From the NCBI GenBank assembly GCA_001004905.1, contig LCRY01000003.1:24830-88829 (forward strand): a stretch of DNA of 64,000 bases, given 5' to 3'. The position numbers and the translations under genes are program-made. Positions 58,962-64,000 of this stretch are shown here, in pieces (position 1 is the stretch's first letter; each line of letters starts with the position of its first letter). Origin of the DNA: Parcubacteria group bacterium GW2011_GWA1_56_13 (GTDB lineage: Bacteria > Patescibacteriota > Minisyncoccia > Phycocordibacterales > Phycocordibacteraceae). The notes under the pieces were generated by a model, which did no database searches, was not told the DNA's origin, and was given only the letters and a program-made list of their open reading frames with translations.

Positions 58962-60431
58962 ATGTATCGGCTGGTGCTGTATTATGTGCTCGCATTATTC
59001 GCTTCGGCAGTGATTTTCAGCACCGTCGGCGCCTTGCCGTACGCGCCAGCAGAGCTTCTGTGGTCGGCGGGAGTATTCCTGGCAGCGTCATGGCTCGCGA
59101 ATATGTGTTTCGCGCGGATATGCAGGGCGGTGACCAATGCGGAATCCGTCTATATCACGGCGCTCATTCTGGCGCTCATCGTGACGCCGACGACTTTCTC
59201 CGATATAACCGGTTCCTCCGTGCTTGCCGTCATCGCGGTGTTGGCGATGGCGTCCAAATATGTTCTCGCGATAGGGAAGAAGCACCTGTTCAACCCTGCG
59301 GCAGCTGCGGTGGTGATATCGGGATTTGTTTTCGGCCTACCGGCGAGCTGGTGGGCCGCAGAGCACCCCGTCCTCCTTCCATTCATTATCGTGGGCGGCC
59401 TCCTCATTGTGCGCAAATTGCGGACGTACGACCTCGTGCTTGCTTTCGCCACCGCTGCTCTCGCAGTTACCGCGCTTCTGTCATCCGATCTTCTTGCTGA
59501 AGTCCGGGCGTTATTCCTCGAGTCGGCATTTTTTTATTTCGGGTTCGTTATGCTTACGGAACCGCTGACCATGCCGCCGACGCGCGCGCTTCGCATAGGG
59601 TACGGCGCGCTGGTCGGCGCGTTTTTCGTCCCGGTCGCGCACATCGGTTCGTTCTATTTTTCTCCCGAACTGGCGCTTGTCACGGGCAACTTGTTTTCGT
59701 ATATCGTGAGTCCGAAAGGTCGGTACATGCTTTCCTTCATCGGACGTCGTCCGCTTGCGAGCGGCATACACGAGTATCTTTTCCGAAGCGACCGGCCTTT
59801 GCGTTTCCGGGCGGGACAATACCTTGAATGGACGATCCGCACGCTGCAATCCGACGCGCGCGGGAACCGCCGCTTCTTCACCATCGCGTCGGCACCCGAG
59901 GACGAGACGCTTGCGCTCGGCGTGCGTTTTTATGAAAGGCCGAGTGCGTTCAAACGAGCACTGGCGAAACTCCTCGCAGGAGCGGTGGTTTCAACTTCTT
60001 CGCCTGCAGGCGATTTTACGATGCCCAAGGACACGCAGCGGAAACTCGCCCTCATCGCAGGCGGTATCGGCGTTACGCCTTTCGCCAGTATGGCGAGGCA
60101 CTGCATCGCCGCGAGCGAACGGCGGGATGCAGTATTGCTGTACGCCAGCCGGACCTCGGCGGAGGTCGCCTATCAGGACGTTTTCGCGCGCGCTGCAGGG
60201 CTCGGCTGGCGCGCGGTCTACGCGGTTTCAGAAGAGGTGCCGGCTTCTTCTGGCGTGCGTACAGGGACCATAGATGCGGCGTTCATCAAAAGGGAAGTTG
60301 CCGATTACCATGAGCGGATTTTTTATATTTCAGGCCCGCCCGGGATGGTTGATGGCATCAAGCGTATTCTCCGTGGTCTCGGCATATCGCGTTTCTCCAT
60401 AAAAACCGACTTCTTCCCGGGCCTTGTCTAG
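58962..60431 (+). CDS. Fusion of a polytopic membrane domain with a ferredoxin-NADP-reductase-type FAD/NAD(P)-binding domain.
   Basis: C-terminal RFFTIAS (the RxYS-type FAD motif) and GGIGVTPF (NAD motif). N-terminal ~230 aa with 6-7 TM helices. Start could instead be at 58896. Confidence 0.65.
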   Translation: MYRLVLYYVLALFASAVIFSTVGALPYAPAELLWSAGVFLAASWLANMCFARICRAVTNAESVYITALILALIVTPTTFSDITGSSVLAVIAVLAMASKYVLAIGKKHLFNPAAAAVVISGFVFGLPASWWAAEHPVLLPFIIVGGLLIVRKLRTYDLVLAFATAALAVTALLSSDLLAEVRALFLESAFFYFGFVMLTEPLTMPPTRALRIGYGALVGAFFVPVAHIGSFYFSPELALVTGNLFSYIVSPKGRYMLSFIGRRPLASGIHEYLFRSDRPLRFRAGQYLEWTIRTLQSDARGNRRFFTIASAPEDETLALGVRFYERPSAFKRALAKLLAGAVVSTSSPAGDFTMPKDTQRKLALIAGGIGVTPFASMARHCIAASERRDAVLLYASRTSAEVAYQDVFARAAGLGWRAVYAVSEEVPASSGVRTGTIDAAFIKREVADYHERIFYISGPPGMVDGIKRILRGLGISRFSIKTDFFPGLV

Positions 60432-60499
60432 CATTGTCTCGAAGGGATGGTTTTGTTACTGTCTTTGTATCGCTGGCGGTGTGTAGGCATACGTCAGCG

Positions 60500-60646
60500 G
60501 CGTTCGGAGAAAATGCTTACACGAGGACGTGCAGTCATTTTTCCTCGCTCGCTGGCGTAAGCGTTGATTGCACGCTTTCGTTCAGCTCGCTCGGAGAACA
60601 TGCGTGTGCGAAGACGCATCCGCATATTTCCTCGCTCGCTGGCGTA
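60500..60646 (+). repeat. Tandem ~86-87-bp duplication of the tRNA upstream region plus the first ~10 nt of the tRNA.
   Basis: tcggagaaaatgc...ttcctcgctcgctggcgtaag (60504-60561) is repeated as tcggagaacatgc...ttcctcgctcgctggcgtagc (60591-60646). The second copy continues into the tRNA. Confidence 0.65.
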
Positions 60647-60711
60647 GCTCAGGTAGTTAGAGCATGGCATTCATAAAGCCAAGGTCGAAGGTGCAAGTCC
60701 TTCCGCCAGCA
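60638..60711 (+). tRNA. tRNA-Met-like (anticodon CAT) with an atypical T-loop; possibly degenerate.
   Basis: Acceptor GCTGGCG/CGCCAGC pairs perfectly; D stem GCTC/GAGC; anticodon loop TTCATAA with a 31.39 A.A mismatch; T stem GAAGG/CCTTC with loop TGCAAGT (G at position 54). No CCA. Confidence 0.55.
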
Positions 60712-60796
60712 CTTGAATTCAATGGGAAACTTACAAACTTGAACGTTTGTGTGGATGAACAATGGTTATAGTAATATCCTGTCATAAACTGTGTAG

Positions 60797-61483
60797 ATGC
60801 CCATACGCCGTGAACTAGATCAGGATTTTTTTAAGAAATGGTCGCCGCAAATGGCGTACGTGTTAGGATTTTTTGCGGCTGACGACTCCATGCTAAAGAA
60901 TCGTCGGGGTAGCCATTACATTGAATTCACGGTTACCGATAAAAGTGTCTTAGAACAGATACGGGAAGCAATCGGTTCGACGAATCGTATAGCAGAGCGG
61001 AAGCGGATTAGTAAACAAAAAGCAGTGTATCGCTTACAAATTGGCAGCAAAGAATGGTTTAAGGACTTGTCGTGTCTCGGTTTTATGCAAAACAAAAGTA
61101 AAAGACTTGCGTTGCCTGTTATACCCGCAAAATATTTTGGAGATTTTGTACGCGGATATTTCGACGGAGATGGGTGTGTGTATTTCAATCGCCTGAAATA
61201 TGCGGACCGCAAAAATCCTCGCTGGATACTAATGACACTTTTCACTAGCGGATGCCAATTATTTCTCAATTCACTTTGGACCGAACTCAAGATTCGAGGC
61301 ATCCACGGCGGTTCATTAAAGCGCAAAACACGTGGCTTTGAGCTTTGTTTCAGCCATAAAGACAGCGTTGCGCTCTACCGCGTCATGTATCATACTGGAA
61401 AAGCGCCTGAATTATGGCTGCCTCGTAAGCGGAGAAAGATCGAGGAAGCGATTCGGCAGTTAAATCTTGCGGTCGTGGTGTAG
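60797..61483 (+). CDS. LAGLIDADG homing endonuclease (double-motif, single-chain type).
   Basis: Two LAGLIDADG-type motifs: LGFFAADDS and RGYFDGDGCVY. 228 aa, AT-richer than the host. The last 15 nt overlap tRNA-Asp. Confidence 0.85.
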   Translation: MPIRRELDQDFFKKWSPQMAYVLGFFAADDSMLKNRRGSHYIEFTVTDKSVLEQIREAIGSTNRIAERKRISKQKAVYRLQIGSKEWFKDLSCLGFMQNKSKRLALPVIPAKYFGDFVRGYFDGDGCVYFNRLKYADRKNPRWILMTLFTSGCQLFLNSLWTELKIRGIHGGSLKRKTRGFELCFSHKDSVALYRVMYHTGKAPELWLPRKRRKIEEAIRQLNLAVVV

Positions 61484-61543
61484 CCTGGTTAACACGTCTC
61501 CCTGTCACGGAGAAGATCGTGGGTTCAAATCCCATCGACCGCG
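61469..61543 (+). tRNA. tRNA-Asp (anticodon GTC).
   Basis: Acceptor GCGGTCG/CGACCGC; D stem GTGT/ACAC; anticodon stem TCTCC/GGAGA with loop CTGTCAC; T arm GTGGG-TTCAAAT-CCCAT; discriminator G. No CCA. Confidence 0.75.
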
Positions 61544-61686
61544 CAATCAGCGAAATCCGGGGAACGGCCTATTTTGTGTTATGAGCGGGTTTCGACTCCT
61601 GACCAAGCCCGTCCCTCGCGCAAATAACCGTAGATTGGTTCAAAAATGGCTGTCCATAGGGCAGTCATTTTTGTTATAGTTGACGT

Positions 61687-62268
61687 ATGAAAGGAGGACC
61701 CGAGGGACCAAAAAATAATACTGACAGGGTGCCGGAGCCAAGATTTCCTCAAAGAGCTGAAGAGATAGGGCGAATGTTTGCCGTAGATCAAGACATGCGG
61801 GGGAAAAGTCTTCAGGATGATTCTGTTTGGGATGAGGAAGTCGATAGCAAAAATACCGAGGCAATGAAGCAGATTGTCGCAGAGATTGGATGGCCGACTG
61901 TATCTAAAGTTGGCAAGGAGGCATCTCACGCCGCTTGGCTCTTGGTTCAGCATGCAGATCATGATCCAAAGTTTCAACAAGAGTGCCTCGCTCTGATGAA
62001 GCAGGAATCAGAGAGTGAAGTAAGCCCTGTCGATATTGCTTATCTCGAAGATCGAATACGAGTCAATACAGGTCAGGGTCAGGTATACGGAACGCAATTT
62101 CATGAGACGAGAGATGGGGAAGGCAACATTGTCCAATATGGACCCCGACCAATAGAAGATCCAGAACATATCGACGAAAGGCGGGCGAAAGTAGGCCTTC
62201 AACCACATGCCGAGTATTTAAGATCTCTCACAGAAAAGTATTATCCTCATCTGTTAAAGAAGGAATAA
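61687..62268 (+). CDS. Hypothetical protein in an AT-richer segment.
   Basis: 193 aa, acidic. No family recognised with confidence. Confidence 0.45.
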   Translation: MKGGPEGPKNNTDRVPEPRFPQRAEEIGRMFAVDQDMRGKSLQDDSVWDEEVDSKNTEAMKQIVAEIGWPTVSKVGKEASHAAWLLVQHADHDPKFQQECLALMKQESESEVSPVDIAYLEDRIRVNTGQGQVYGTQFHETRDGEGNIVQYGPRPIEDPEHIDERRAKVGLQPHAEYLRSLTEKYYPHLLKKE

Positions 62269-62344
62269 GAATCACATCTTTCTGACTCTCCCGTATCTTA
62301 GTTCCAACAGCGTCCACAAGATTGCGCAAAACAAGAAAGTCGGA

Positions 62345-62557
62345 TCAACCCCGATCCCTTAGGAGGCCACGCAGACCGTAGAGCAGGATCGAAAACCAGA
62401 TCAAAAACGAGCCAAGACCTACGACAAAGAACGTGGCTGCTATTTTGAAATATATTTCTGAAGGGGGGTGAGGACCCCAGATAAAGGAGAGGACCAAGCT
62501 TGCGCACCCTGCGAGACAGATGAAGAATATGCGTACAGTTAGCCGCTCCAACATACT
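62345..62557 (-). CDS. Possible small two-TM membrane protein.
   Basis: Hydrophobic helices (IFFICLAGCASLVLSFIW; FFVVGLGSFLIWFSILLYGL). Start uncertain. Confidence 0.3.
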   Translation of the reverse strand, partial: SMLERLTVRIFFICLAGCASLVLSFIWGPHPPSEIYFKIAATFFVVGLGSFLIWFSILLYGLRGLLRDRG

Positions 62558-62638
62558 ACCGGTAACTCCCGTTCCCCTTGAGAGGTTGCTTGTCCTGCGT
62601 ACAAGCAGTCCCGATCTCGTCAACAAGAGAGTGTGCAA

Positions 62639-63010
62639 TCAAGAACGGCCGTACCGGTCCTCGAGGCGTTTGACGTCGTTCTCATCGAAGTTGCCGAATG
62701 CTATTTCAAGGCACGCAAGCCCGTCAGGGCCGCCGGTAATGCGATGCGCACAGCGCCGCGGGGTAAAGAAGGCATCGCCTGCCTTCGCGTGGGTGTCCTT
62801 TTCTCCGATGCGAATGACGCCCGAACCCTGCAAAACGCGCCAGAATTCGTCGCGGTGGTCGTGGGTCTGTAAACTGAAGGATTCCCCGGCACGGACCGTG
62901 ACTATTTTTACAGTCGTTTTCTCATTCAGCGTGAAGCGTTCAAAATTGCCCCACGGGCGCTCCTCCTTCTCATAATGCGCGAGGCCTTCCATATGGCGAT
63001 AAGTATACAT
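62639..63010 (-). CDS. Cupin-domain protein (mannose-6-phosphate isomerase type II C-terminal-like).
   Basis: E-RPWG-F motif (EERPWGNFERF); cupin metal/His motif (SLQTHDHRDEFWRVLQGSG); ...ENDVKRLEDRYGR C-terminal tail typical of ManC C-terminal cupins. Confidence 0.6.
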   Translation of the reverse strand: MYTYRHMEGLAHYEKEERPWGNFERFTLNEKTTVKIVTVRAGESFSLQTHDHRDEFWRVLQGSGVIRIGEKDTHAKAGDAFFTPRRCAHRITGGPDGLACLEIAFGNFDENDVKRLEDRYGRS

Positions 63011-63118
63011 ATTTTTATTGAAAGTAGCGGAGTTATCCGCTACTATGCGCGAGTGCGATAGGTCCGAGCACATTCAGCAGTTGAATGTTCGAGCGAACGA
63101 TCGCGGACAATCACGTTA

Positions 63119-63194
63119 GCCGAGATAGCTCAGTTGGTAGAGCACGTCCATGGTAAGGACGAGGTCGTCGGTTCAATCCCGACTCTCGGCTCCA
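63119..63194 (+). tRNA. tRNA-Thr (anticodon GGT).
   Basis: GCCGAGATAGCTCAGTTGGTAGAGCACGTCCATGGTAAGGACGAGGTCGTCGGTTCAATCCCGACTCTCGGCTCCA. All four stems pair canonically; encoded CCA. Confidence 0.85.
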
Positions 63195-64000
63195 GTTTCA
63201 AAGTCAGGTCAGTTTCGCCGTCAGAAAATTTCGCGGCGCGGAGCGCCGCATAGGGGGAATGCGCATTTCCGCGCGCTTCGCGCGCGTGAGGGAGGTTCAG
63301 AAATACAAAATCCGAAAATTTTTGGAGGGAGGATTCAAGACGCGAAGCGTCCGAAATCCAATTCCTGACAGGTTCAACCCACGCGGCAGGGGCTCGTTCG
63401 AGACGGACGATTTGTTCCTCAATCGTCTTACGCTCGCTCATTAGCGAACGACGGCGGGACAAGTACTCTTCGCGCTCCAAATCCTCGGCGACATACAAGT
63501 CCGTTAGCCGAGCGTGCGTGCGGGAGATTGCCGCAGCCTTCTCCCGCAGATCTTGAACGGCCTCTGCCGCCGTTTTAGAGGCGTCAGTAGCATCTCTATC
63601 TATCAGTGCAGACAGTGGCGATACCCATTCTTTAGGCATAGCGTACTCGCCGAGAAGCGCCGAAAGTTGCGAATCCAATAATTCGCTTCGTATCGGCGCT
63701 TCGGTACATTTAACCGCTTTAGATTTCCGCGTACAGCGGTAATAGGTATAGAGGTGAATATTGCCGTTCTTTTGGTGTTTCTCTTTCTTCTCGGCCGTGA
63801 TGCTCATACCGCAGGAGCAACGGAGTAAGCCGCAATACGGGCTCGGATCATCCTTGATGTCCGGCACGCGACCGCGACTGTGCAGAACGATATTCGCCTT
63901 ATCAAAAAATTCCTTTGAAACGATAAGTTCGTGTTTCCCCTCGTACACTTCGCCCGCGTAGCGGAAGTGGCCGTAGTAGAACGGGTTTTGGAGATAGAAC
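63130..64000 (-). CDS. Large serine recombinase (partial; recombinase and zinc-ribbon domains plus coiled-coil; catalytic N-terminus lies beyond the window end).
   Basis: Zinc beta-ribbon YCGLLRCSCG...YYRCTRK and recombinase-domain segment HELIVSKEFFDKANIVL. The open frame runs to the window edge. The C-terminal tail is read antisense through tRNA-Thr. Confidence 0.7.
   Translation of the reverse strand, partial: FYLQNPFYYGHFRYAGEVYEGKHELIVSKEFFDKANIVLHSRGRVPDIKDDPSPYCGLLRCSCGMSITAEKKEKHQKNGNIHLYTYYRCTRKSKAVKCTEAPIRSELLDSQLSALLGEYAMPKEWVSPLSALIDRDATDASKTAAEAVQDLREKAAAISRTHARLTDLYVAEDLEREEYLSRRRSLMSERKTIEEQIVRLERAPAAWVEPVRNWISDASRLESSLQKFSDFVFLNLPHAREARGNAHSPYAALRAAKFSDGETDLTLKLEPRVGIEPTTSSLPWTCSTN

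Noticed and set aside
60638-61543. Group I intron interrupting a tRNA, with the LAGLIDADG ORF as intron cargo.
   Set aside because: Both flanking tRNAs fold as contiguous genes without an interruption in the anticodon loop. No intron core (P3-P7) could be recognised by eye. It is left as a possibility for an Infernal check.

Overview
This is a high-GC (~60-65%) bacterial segment with several AT-richer patches. Gene content (groES-groEL, rnj, secG, ligA, gatCA) together with a secretin-less type IV pilus cluster suggests a monoderm or reduced-genome lineage, possibly a CPR/Patescibacteria-like organism (inference only). The largest element is a ~12-kb competence-type type IV pilus locus at 20.4-32.5 kb: comFC, pilM-N-O-(P)-B, a CheY-like regulator, pilT-pilC, two tandem pilins, pilD and four minor pilins, preceded by an ECF sigma / anti-sigma pair. 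Other coherent modules are a GAF-PAS two-component system, an RNA-repair operon (archease, 2H phosphoesterase, RtcB), a CsoR-CopA copper module followed by an extracytoplasmic thiol-redox cluster, and housekeeping genes. The accessory signals are the more unusual part. A truncated copy of the groEL 3' end flanks an inserted orphan pilin cassette. An AT-rich islet with a lone purD abuts tRNA-Ser. Three tRNA genes (Ser, Met, Met) each have a partial copy of their own 5' end a short distance upstream. A tRNA-Met is followed by a terminator-bounded, unassigned structured-RNA region. A LAGLIDADG homing endonuclease sits between a tRNA-Met-like gene and tRNA-Asp and overlaps the latter by 15 nt. A large serine recombinase abuts tRNA-Thr at the window edge. 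Coordinates for tRNAs and refined CDS starts were worked out by hand from the sequence and may be off by a few nucleotides.
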